A DNA stretch of 64,000 bases from a virus (lineage: Duplodnaviria; Caudoviricetes), in the IMG/VR virus record IMGVR_UViG_3300042431_000676, positions 5,610 through 69,609 of that record. One strand, written 5' to 3'. The position numbers were made by a program, and so were the translations under genes. Shown here piece by piece: positions 57,101 through 64,000 of this stretch; the stretch's first letter is position 1, and every line of letters begins with the position of its first letter. A model generated the notes under the pieces. That model made no database searches and was not told the origin of the DNA. It was given only the letters and a program-made list of their open reading frames with translations.

Positions 57101-60015
57101 CCTGCTGTTCCTGCTCCCCAAGTAAAGATAGCAATTACTACAGCAACTATAACAAGTAATCCTGCTACTATATAATTCCATACAGAAGTTTTAGCAGCTC
57201 TTTTTCTTAATCTATTATTATAAAATATACTATTTGTATATCTCAAAGGTGTTATATAACTATCCCCATTAAATACATCACATTTTGATTCTGTGGAAGT
57301 AAAATATATAGGATTTTTTGTTTCTTTGTAATAAGGTGTTAATCTAAAATTATTATATGGATTAGCATTATCTTTTATCAAATACACATAAGGTACATCA
57401 TTTACAATAGGAAAGGTAATATTTTCATTTAATGACATTATACCTACTTTGTTATCACAACCAAGATTAAATACATCTACACCTACATCATTTGAATCCT
57501 GTATTAATTTATCTCCTAAAGCTGGTAAATAAAATATTTCTTTGATTTTTGAAGCATCAATTTCAAAAGAATTTTTATTTGCAAAATCAGTAATATTATC
57601 TCTTGTTTTTATTTGTAATAGAAATCCATCAGGACCATTATTACCATTACCTTGAAATCTACCATTTTCAGCATCTTTCATACCACTTTGATATGAATTA
57701 CCATCTTGAACATCAATGATTTTTGTTCTACTATGAATAGCTTCATGTCTTGTAAAACTACCTTGTTGAATTATTTTAGTTACATTTTTATATTTTTTAT
57801 CATTGAATTTAAACTCTGGATTAATTAAACTTACTATATCTTTTTTAACTCTTGCATCATTACTCAATTCTGGCATCAATAAACCAGAAGATACAAATTG
57901 TGCATTTTGTATAGTTGAAGTTAAAACTGCACTATCTAATATAGTTTTTTCATCTTCAATTCTTTCATTTCTTACAATGTAATAACCTACTATTTTATTA
58001 CCATTTAATTCCAATTCAGAAGGAATTTCTATATTAGAAAAATGAATACCAAAAATATCAGAAGTAAATTGTTCATCTTTAGTTTCAACTACATCATTTG
58101 ATAATGATATTGTATAAGTTAAATTTCTACCTGGTTTTATAGTACCTGTAGGTAATCCTGTTGTAGGACTTAATAAATCTCCATTTGTAGAAGTAGCTGT
58201 AAAAACTCCTCCTGAAAGTGTACCAGTAATTCTTAATATATCTCCATTCTCTTGACTTTCATCAAGAGTTATAAAAGTTACTAATGCAGCAACTATTATA
58301 TTAGAATAATCATTTTCAGATATTATATATGAAGGATTACTACTTGCATAATCAGAAGGTCTAACTTGTCCTATAAATTCATTTAATTCTGTTGCACCAT
58401 CTTTAGTATAATTAATTTTATACTGAAATGTATTAGCAACTATAGGTACACAAGCTGGGTCATATCCTGGTTCATCTTCTAATGGACAAGTTGTAGGTGT
58501 AGGAATACTTCCTGCAATATTTACCTTTATTCTTTTAAATACATTTGTTGTTGAGTTTGAGCTAATTCTTTCTATTAATGGTATATTAACATCTGTTCTT
58601 AATGGAAATCTATGATGTCTTACTAATTGACCTGTTAATTGTGTACCTTCTGAATCTACTCCCCAATAATTAATTCCTCCACAACTATCATTATCAGTAT
58701 ATTCATTATCAGCACTTGTGTTATTAAGTGCCATAGGATATATGTTTTGACCAGCATCAAATATAGTATCTGCTGCAATCAAATTGCTTTTTCCTGGTAT
58801 ATGATAAACAGGAGTTAAAGTATTATCATCAAATATATATACAATACCAAAAGAATATATTTCTCCTGGCATGTAACCTAATCCTTCTAAATTAACAGAA
58901 GCATGTTTACTATTACCCTCTATTAAGTTATTTAAAGCTACTTTTTTTGTAACCATATCAGCACAGATTTTACTGGCATATTTTTGTAGATTACATAAAT
59001 TTACTTCTTTACCTTTTACATTTCCTAATAATAATGTATTTTCTACTTGTTCAATACTTTCTGCTTTCTCTATAATATTTTTAAATACTAATACATCTGA
59101 TTGTGTACCAGAAGATTCAAAATTATTTCCTGTATATGTAAACACATTATTTTGAGTAGAAATTTCTTGTGTAAATTTAGTATCAGTAATTTGTCCTGTA
59201 CCACCTGTAGCTTCTGTAATAGCTAATCTATAGAAAGGAAAAGTTTCATCTAAATTAGATAATACTACTTTTATAGCTTTATCTGACCTTCCAAAATTTT
59301 GATATTCTGTTACTGTATTTGTAGAACCTCTTATATCTTTAAAAGGTAATGTAAAATCACTATTATATACTTGAACTGTTTCACTACTTGTTATAAATTC
59401 TGTAGGATTCAAATCCTCATCTAAATATTGAATAGAAAAATTATAACTGCCTGATAATAAGTTACCTCCATTATTTAATACTTCAATTTCATCAAAATTA
59501 GGTATTGTTTTATAAATTTTAAATAAATTGAATTTTGAAATATCCCAATCTCCTGTATTATTATCTTGAAACTTTTCTGGTTTTTCTAATATAAATATTC
59601 TTGGTTTAGGGTCAATCCAATATATAACTCTTTCACAACCTTTTCTCAATCTAAAAGTTGCATCAATTTGCTGACTTATTTTAAATCCAAATTTTTCAGT
59701 TTGATTTACATCACTTACTTGAATAGAAAAATTACATTCTCTATCAACTATTGCTAACATTGAATCACCATTAGTTGAACATAAAAACAATAATGTTTCA
59801 TCATTACCAATATAAACTTTACCTATTGGTGTAAAACCTTGAGGTATAGGATAACATGGTTCATTAGATTCTTCATTAGCAATGAAACCTTTATCTCCTT
59901 CAACTGTTTCATTTACTCCATTTAAAACAAATGTAGTTGCTCCTTGAGGTTGATTTACATAAGAGGTATCTGTACTTAATCCTCCAGGTTGAATTACTGT
60001 ATTATTATCTCGCAT
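54130..60015 (-). CDS. Tail muzzle/stabilisation protein with insertions
   Basis: 1961 aa; GGLSTDTS N-terminus, NEESNE, TMSYS...WISWHSYLP, FRDKFLVVRL C-terminus typical of crAss-like muzzle proteins. Confidence 0.75.
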   Translation of the reverse strand: MRDNNTVIQPGGLSTDTSYVNQPQGATTFVLNGVNETVEGDKGFIANEESNEPCYPIPQGFTPIGKVYIGNDETLLFLCSTNGDSMLAIVDRECNFSIQVSDVNQTEKFGFKISQQIDATFRLRKGCERVIYWIDPKPRIFILEKPEKFQDNNTGDWDISKFNLFKIYKTIPNFDEIEVLNNGGNLLSGSYNFSIQYLDEDLNPTEFITSSETVQVYNSDFTLPFKDIRGSTNTVTEYQNFGRSDKAIKVVLSNLDETFPFYRLAITEATGGTGQITDTKFTQEISTQNNVFTYTGNNFESSGTQSDVLVFKNIIEKAESIEQVENTLLLGNVKGKEVNLCNLQKYASKICADMVTKKVALNNLIEGNSKHASVNLEGLGYMPGEIYSFGIVYIFDDNTLTPVYHIPGKSNLIAADTIFDAGQNIYPMALNNTSADNEYTDNDSCGGINYWGVDSEGTQLTGQLVRHHRFPLRTDVNIPLIERISSNSTTNVFKRIKVNIAGSIPTPTTCPLEDEPGYDPACVPIVANTFQYKINYTKDGATELNEFIGQVRPSDYASSNPSYIISENDYSNIIVAALVTFITLDESQENGDILRITGTLSGGVFTATSTNGDLLSPTTGLPTGTIKPGRNLTYTISLSNDVVETKDEQFTSDIFGIHFSNIEIPSELELNGNKIVGYYIVRNERIEDEKTILDSAVLTSTIQNAQFVSSGLLMPELSNDARVKKDIVSLINPEFKFNDKKYKNVTKIIQQGSFTRHEAIHSRTKIIDVQDGNSYQSGMKDAENGRFQGNGNNGPDGFLLQIKTRDNITDFANKNSFEIDASKIKEIFYLPALGDKLIQDSNDVGVDVFNLGCDNKVGIMSLNENITFPIVNDVPYVYLIKDNANPYNNFRLTPYYKETKNPIYFTSTESKCDVFNGDSYITPLRYTNSIFYNNRLRKRAAKTSVWNYIVAGLLVIVAVVIAIFTWGAGTAGSIALIGVAAAMVGGAAALVASGIKQDAWARAYSDLYDKGLRETIVDNYILYDSDPNNGEQRGFAKNPPDDEIQWLGECLNLWFESNVNMNLRQGATDNTPDFLNAPGNRELGTSYGEWDEEYFGIHSVGSREIAPTNSLDIHMVKKLTYLNSGRKGGKSYIGLALAEIYQINQDYKRRNKEKIYNHLPLEYDCCSDCTETFPHRLHWSQQAFQEELTDNFRNFLPNNYKDIEGETGVITDLFRIQNNLYIHTEEALWHQPQNFQERVTDNIISFIGTGEYFNIPPRKIVDDNNSSSGNTHKWGRLKTKNGVLFPCHKEKKWYLFNGQSLQPISDTYNSNYFRENMKFRMAESYYNANHINYPYNNNPSNPIGVGYISTYDTKKERLIITKKDFDIAGLPDGDYQLCNEGLGTVIFPNLSQIIANRLANGWNYIGVENCKLKFEKTVIETRIEIRTITTNVPNNSDIVIQFDRSGSFGNAGVANVKVAVLAWFTQFKIDNPTFTGRLIYVLAVERCSGQAWLSVLRWLQNSQQIFLVDNSANPLVGVETPITNFNTISRNIIIVSTVNEAAINNCGGTGEYHTSGISNPTDAPSTEYINDFNDYNTRYDALIAAGYSIHGLQYPIVYTSIPGPTRGMLQHSISAITGRTLNATELAFLTANINPFVPTGDYALLLTALAGVNPYPSGLSQRNWQYKHTRGWDGTGDIITPLQFATDINGFLGSLTTTTQVEVEVQVPVMTYEYENGIPLETNLLNNSFTMSYSLKDTKWISWHSYLPSFYMHVQEKFYSWREGLSNIWRHGRKNHYQNFYGERHPFIIEYVDNSNALISKIYDAIKFQTEAKQYDIATDSYVDKRYITFNKVMAYNTHQISGILDMLVKDVDLEYMNNQVENSAGFINLDRNERDWCINDLRDLSVNPNVSIFNKNLTSLQADYFIDKIVNSNRIDYNKDWTEMESFRDKFLVVRLIFDTFDTTRLIMNFSVQDSKVSER

Positions 60016-60973
60016 AGTTTGTTATTTTTCTTGAACCATTAAATGTTCTATTTTCAGCAGTACCTAATTTACCAAAGAAACCATAATATCTATTATGATT
60101 AGGAATCAAATAATTTGATTGTTCCATTAAATTTTGATATTGGTCCACACCTGTAGGCATTTTAGCTTTATTTTTAAACTGCTTAATATATTTTAACCAA
60201 TGTTGTTCAGCTATTTGAGCAAGTTGCATAGCACCTTCTCTATGATTCCATGCTTCTGTTTCTTTTACTTTCCAACCAAGATAATAAGTAATAGCTGCTC
60301 TTGCTGATTCATCATCAGGTATCATTGGATAACCAGTTTCAGAATCAATCATTTGTCTAATATATGCTAAAGCTATAAGACCACTTTTAAAATTAAATCT
60401 CAATTGGTCTTGTACTATTGTATATTCATCTCTATCATCACAATCTCTACAATACACATCTTCCATATCCTTTTCTTTACAAACTAATGTATTTAAAAAA
60501 GAATGATTAGCTAATCTTACAGGAGTATATTTAGTTTTTTTATATGTTGAACCAATCCAATTTTGAAAAGATAATGGTAAATTTAATTCCACTACATATT
60601 GAGATTGTTCTTCATCCCATGTAACTGAAACTTGTTCATTTGATAAATGTTTAGGTTGTTCATTACAACAATTAATTTCTGTTTCAATTTGAGCAATAGT
60701 ATTAGATGCACAACTATTTGTGTCTTCTGGTTTTTCCCAATCATTATTTCTTGCTATTTGAGTTATATAATGAAGACCAGGTGGTATAGAAGCATGATAG
60801 TTTTTTACTTCAATGAAAGCAATAGCTTCTTCTGATGCACTAACTATTTTCATAAAACCTAATGCTTCTCCTATCCATTCAATAGCATCATCTTCATTTA
60901 TATCAAGACCTTTAAAATCTCTTTGAAATTTAGCAAGGATTGAATCTATTTTTACAAACTGAAATTTTTGCAT
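60005..60973 (-). CDS. Tail ring (tubular) protein
   Basis: IEWIGEAL...GYPMIPDD...AITYY...W pattern; upstream of muzzle. Confidence 0.7.
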   Translation of the reverse strand: MQKFQFVKIDSILAKFQRDFKGLDINEDDAIEWIGEALGFMKIVSASEEAIAFIEVKNYHASIPPGLHYITQIARNNDWEKPEDTNSCASNTIAQIETEINCCNEQPKHLSNEQVSVTWDEEQSQYVVELNLPLSFQNWIGSTYKKTKYTPVRLANHSFLNTLVCKEKDMEDVYCRDCDDRDEYTIVQDQLRFNFKSGLIALAYIRQMIDSETGYPMIPDDESARAAITYYLGWKVKETEAWNHREGAMQLAQIAEQHWLKYIKQFKNKAKMPTGVDQYQNLMEQSNYLIPNHNRYYGFFGKLGTAENRTFNGSRKITNYAR

Positions 60974-60974
60974 A

Positions 60975-61256
60975 TTAATCTAATTTATCAGCTAAAGATT
61001 TTTCTTCTTTAGGCATTGTTATTTTTAAAGGGTTTTCTTTAGACCACCATTCTTTACTGAAATATTCATAGTTTGAATCATCTCCTAACATCCATTTTAT
61101 ATCATAAGATTTTCTCAATATAAAACCATTTTCGATTTCTCTTACACTTATGGTATGACTATTTTTAATAATAGTTGCTCCTTCTGGTAACTTAAATTCT
61201 CTTTTACCTTCAAATTCTGCTGATTCAATTGCTTTACTTGTTTCTAATGCTGACAT
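60975..61256 (-). CDS. Hypothetical protein
   Basis: 93-aa ORF; VREIENGFI. Confidence 0.6.
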   Translation of the reverse strand: MSALETSKAIESAEFEGKREFKLPEGATIIKNSHTISVREIENGFILRKSYDIKWMLGDDSNYEYFSKEWWSKENPLKITMPKEEKSLADKLD

Positions 61257-61261
61257 AATAT

Positions 61262-61747
61262 TTATTTTTTAATTAGATATTCTTTTCCTTTTTTAATAGT
61301 AGCACTTATATTTCTCTTATTAGTTCTGGTTAATCTTAAACTGTAAAGAGTTTTATTTTCAACCATAATTCTTTTTTTAGACCAAATAATTTTATATCTT
61401 ACTCCATCAGTATGTTCATTAGTACAATATAATAATTTTTTATCTTCTTTAGCTTGAGGATTATTTTTCCAATAAGCTAATGTTTTTGTCCAATCAGGAG
61501 CTAACAAAGGTAAACCATTTTCATCAAATCTGATTTTTTGTTTACTACCTCTGATATAAATTGTACCCATTTTAGCAGGTAAAGTTACTTCTTCTCCATC
61601 TAAAACTTTATCCAGTAAAAATTTATTATATTTATTTGCTATATCTATGTAAGTTTTAATATCTACTATTAAATGATTGTCTTCTTTAGTATGTAATTGT
61701 TTATATAATCTATAACTTTTTCTAATATTACTGTCTGTTTTTATCAT
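61262..61747 (-). CDS. IHF/HU-like protein of the crAss tail module
   Basis: GEEVTLPAKMGTIYI, PDWTKT, NEHTDG. Confidence 0.7.
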   Translation of the reverse strand: MIKTDSNIRKSYRLYKQLHTKEDNHLIVDIKTYIDIANKYNKFLLDKVLDGEEVTLPAKMGTIYIRGSKQKIRFDENGLPLLAPDWTKTLAYWKNNPQAKEDKKLLYCTNEHTDGVRYKIIWSKKRIMVENKTLYSLRLTRTNKRNISATIKKGKEYLIKK

Positions 61748-62441
61748 TTGTGTCAGATGTGTTATTTGTTATATCTTCTGTCATTTGAGAAAAAATATTT
61801 ATTAATTCTGGAAAAGACATTTCTAATAATGTTTCTATCATATCTCCATCCATAGGAAATATTTTGTCTAACATACTACCACAATCATCTTCACAATCTG
61901 TACAATCTTGTTTACAATAAGATGGAAAATTATATGCTTCAATTGGATTTTCAGGTAATAATTTAATTTTAATTAATTTTGGTACATGTTCTCCATAAAC
62001 ATAAATATATCCATTTTCTAAAATATAATTCATATTCTTTTTAGTATATTTATTACCATCTGAATATAAATATGCTTCTCTTGTTGTTTCAGTAATGATT
62101 TTACTACTTTCAATAGTCATAACCCATTGAATGATATGTTTATCCAAATCAGTTAAAACTTTAGGTAATTTTTCTTTTGTTCTATACACTTTACAACCAA
62201 TAGGAGGTAAACAAGGACAATCATGTTTTTCAACTTGAATTAATTCAACACAAGGCAGTATAACAAAATTCCAATCACTTATCTTTTGTCTTTTTTTAAG
62301 CTGTTGAGAAATTAATTTATTTCTTACAGTTTTAAGTTTACTGTAAATATGTCTATTAGATAAACGAGAATCATCACTCCTTACTCCTTTAGAATAAGCA
62401 GATTGTACTCTTTCAATTAATTCTCCTATTGTATTTGCCAT
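61728..62441 (-). CDS. Tail ring/structural protein
   Basis: SDDSRLSNRHIY, CVELIQV, NGYIYV, FPMDGDM; crAss-like synteny. Confidence 0.7.
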   Translation of the reverse strand: MANTIGELIERVQSAYSKGVRSDDSRLSNRHIYSKLKTVRNKLISQQLKKRQKISDWNFVILPCVELIQVEKHDCPCLPPIGCKVYRTKEKLPKVLTDLDKHIIQWVMTIESSKIITETTREAYLYSDGNKYTKKNMNYILENGYIYVYGEHVPKLIKIKLLPENPIEAYNFPSYCKQDCTDCEDDCGSMLDKIFPMDGDMIETLLEMSFPELINIFSQMTEDITNNTSDTNDKNRQ

Positions 62442-62442
62442 C

Positions 62443-63153
62443 TTATTCTTTATTTAATTCTTGGAGCAATTCTTTTGTAAGATTTTCACAATCATACATA
62501 ATATATTCTCCTGTTTTTAATAACCAAATAACTTTTCTTGATGAAACTTTATATCCTGTTTGTTCAAATAGAAGTTGATAAAAAGAAAGTTGTATTTGAT
62601 ATTTATTAAAGGGAGAATCTAATAATCTTTCAAAAGGAGCTAATAAAGTTTTTTTCTTAAAATTTTTAAATAAGTCTTTATTAGTTTTATAATCAGCAAT
62701 GATAAAAGTTTTGTTTATAGTATCAAATAATAATATATCTGATGTACCAGCAAACATAAAATATAAATGATACATTCTTAATTCTAAACAAGCAGGAACT
62801 ATATGAGAAGGAAGGTCATTCCAAAATTTTGTTACAGCAACTTCTTGAGGACAAGAAGGTTTCATAGTTCTATTAAATGGGTAGAGTTCACCAAATAAGT
62901 GAACTCTGTTTCCTGTAGTACAAGCTATATTTTTTTCCTCTTCCCATTGAGCTAAAAGAGATTCTTTTGATATTCCTAATCTTATAGCTTTATTTTCAGC
63001 TTTTTCATCAAAGTTTACCTTCTCAACAAATTTATCAATTTTTGATGATACAGAACCTTTTAGTTTAATAGAATCTACACTATATTGATGTTTATCTTCA
63101 TCAAAAGTGAGTTTTTCAAAGTTTGATTTTATATTTTTTATCATTTGTTCCAT
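62443..63153 (-). CDS. PD-(D/E)XK exonuclease (RecB/Cas4-like)
   Basis: GNRVH, ELRMY, AGTSD, IADYKTN, YQIQLSFY. Confidence 0.85.
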   Translation of the reverse strand: MEQMIKNIKSNFEKLTFDEDKHQYSVDSIKLKGSVSSKIDKFVEKVNFDEKAENKAIRLGISKESLLAQWEEEKNIACTTGNRVHLFGELYPFNRTMKPSCPQEVAVTKFWNDLPSHIVPACLELRMYHLYFMFAGTSDILLFDTINKTFIIADYKTNKDLFKNFKKKTLLAPFERLLDSPFNKYQIQLSFYQLLFEQTGYKVSSRKVIWLLKTGEYIMYDCENLTKELLQELNKE

Positions 63154-63157
63154 GCCA

Positions 63158-63165
63158 CAAAGATA
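63158..63165 (-). promoter_or_regulatory. -7 promoter element upstream of the nuclease
   Basis: TATCTTTG on the minus strand in the intergenic gap. Confidence 0.5.
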
Positions 63166-63175
63166 AAAAATAATT

Positions 63176-63763
63176 TTATATATCTTTAACTTCTTCTTTA
63201 ATTGTTTTATATTGGGTAAGCATTTTTACAAATGACCCTGCTATATCATAACCTGCTCTTTTAATATTTTCAAATACAATTGAATATATTTCAATAGCTG
63301 TACAAAAAGCTAAAGTAACTAATGTGATTGTCCAATTTTTATCAGATATATTAAAGAATGTAAAAGATTTAATTAAAAATACTTTTTCTACTCCATATAC
63401 CAGCAATGTAAAAATAATATAACCGATTCCCTTAACTATAGATTTTCTCAACTTTTCACTTGTAATTGTTTCAATAAGTAAAAGACATTTGTTCAAGAAA
63501 CCTAACTTCAATTCTCCTTTTTTCTTTTTGAGATTCCTATTCTCTATAAAAGAAGCATATATTCCTGTAGCAAAGTCTATAAAAAAAACTATACCTAATA
63601 ATTTCCAGGCATTTGTTAAGTCATTTGATATTGCATAATAACTTACAGTTGGTACTAAAATTGTTGCTCCTGTTTTAGTTGTCAATAAAGTTTTTGCGTT
63701 TACAATTATTTTTCCAAAATATTGTAAGTATATAAATAAATCTGTCATTAGTTGGGATTTCAT
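63176..63763 (-). CDS. Holin (phage holin 4 family-like)
   Basis: Several TM segments; IDFATGI...SEKLRKSIVK...IEIYSIVFENI. Confidence 0.75.
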   Translation of the reverse strand: MKSQLMTDLFIYLQYFGKIIVNAKTLLTTKTGATILVPTVSYYAISNDLTNAWKLLGIVFFIDFATGIYASFIENRNLKKKKGELKLGFLNKCLLLIETITSEKLRKSIVKGIGYIIFTLLVYGVEKVFLIKSFTFFNISDKNWTITLVTLAFCTAIEIYSIVFENIKRAGYDIAGSFVKMLTQYKTIKEEVKDI

Positions 63764-63770
63764 ATTAGTG

Positions 63771-63998
63771 TTATTTTAAAACTTTACTTGTAACTTGTGA
63801 TTTGATTATAAAATGTGTAGCTATTGGTACAATTCCAATCCATTCAGCTACTAATAAACTAAACAGATTAAATACAAAATGTAATGTAAGTCCAATTAGA
63901 ACTATTCCTGATACAAAATATTTAAAACTTCTGAATGCAATATTAGAACTTAATCCAATTGATAAAATACTACCAATAAAAAATATACTTGCAAATAT
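63771..63998 (-). CDS. Partial membrane protein running off the window end
   Basis: Open frame IFASIFFIGSILSIG...SKVLK-stop; very hydrophobic. Confidence 0.55.
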   Translation of the reverse strand: MFASIFFIGSILSIGLSSNIAFRSFKYFVSGIVLIGLTLHFVFNLFSLLVAEWIGIVPIATHFIIKSQVTSKVLK

Positions 63999-64000
63999 AT

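Noticed and set aside
2310-60835. Numerous 60-125 aa ORFs antisense to or nested in long genes (e.g. 2310, 6103, 18697, 29637, 34641, 53524, 56026)
   Set aside because: Fully overlapped by well-supported genes; composition typical of shadow frames
63992-63999. TATATTTG minus-strand promoter box
   Set aside because: Lies within the open frame of the truncated membrane-protein gene; likely chance in AT-rich DNA
1301-64000. Stop-codon reassignment (TAG or TGA), common in some crAss-like phages
   Set aside because: Very long ORFs are intact in code 11, TAG and TGA terminate genes at sensible positions, and no suppressor tRNA was seen
1-64000. CRISPR array, integrase, IS elements, diversity-generating retroelement
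   Set aside because: No regularly spaced repeats, recombinase, transposase or reverse transcriptase motifs were seen

Overview
This window is an AT-rich segment of a crAss-like (Crassvirales-type) dsDNA phage, most likely infecting a Bacteroidota host, and it reads in the standard genetic code. Bases 1-1300 form a non-coding RNA island: a clear tmRNA with an unusually long 35-codon tag, a tRNA-like element, a 6S-like RNA candidate and further hairpin-rich segments. Bases 1.3-31.5 kb (+ strand) carry replication, recombination and nucleotide-metabolism genes: PolB, Dda-like, SF2, DnaB and UvrD helicases, primase, UDG, resolvase, exonuclease, HU, a split ThyX, MazG and GroES. A small tRNA cluster follows at 31.7-32.2 kb. 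Bases 32.4-64 kb (- strand) are the late module: ejected proteins including a 4301-aa virion RNA polymerase (DYDID) with a zincin domain, cargo, muzzle and ring proteins, an IHF-like protein, a PD-(D/E)XK nuclease and a holin. The standout observation is an apparently complete phage-encoded ubiquitin-like conjugation locus at 13.6-18.7 kb. It comprises a Ubl precursor with an internal KSGG, an E2-like protein, a JAB/JAMM protease, a ThiF/E1 and a downstream protein with a SIM-like motif and an SSB-type tail. The second is a thyX gene split by a GIY-YIG endonuclease plus a Tad1-like anti-defence gene, where the endonuclease promoter contains a 17-bp copy of the thyX sequence. All family assignments come from motifs read by eye and recalled knowledge; no searches were run.
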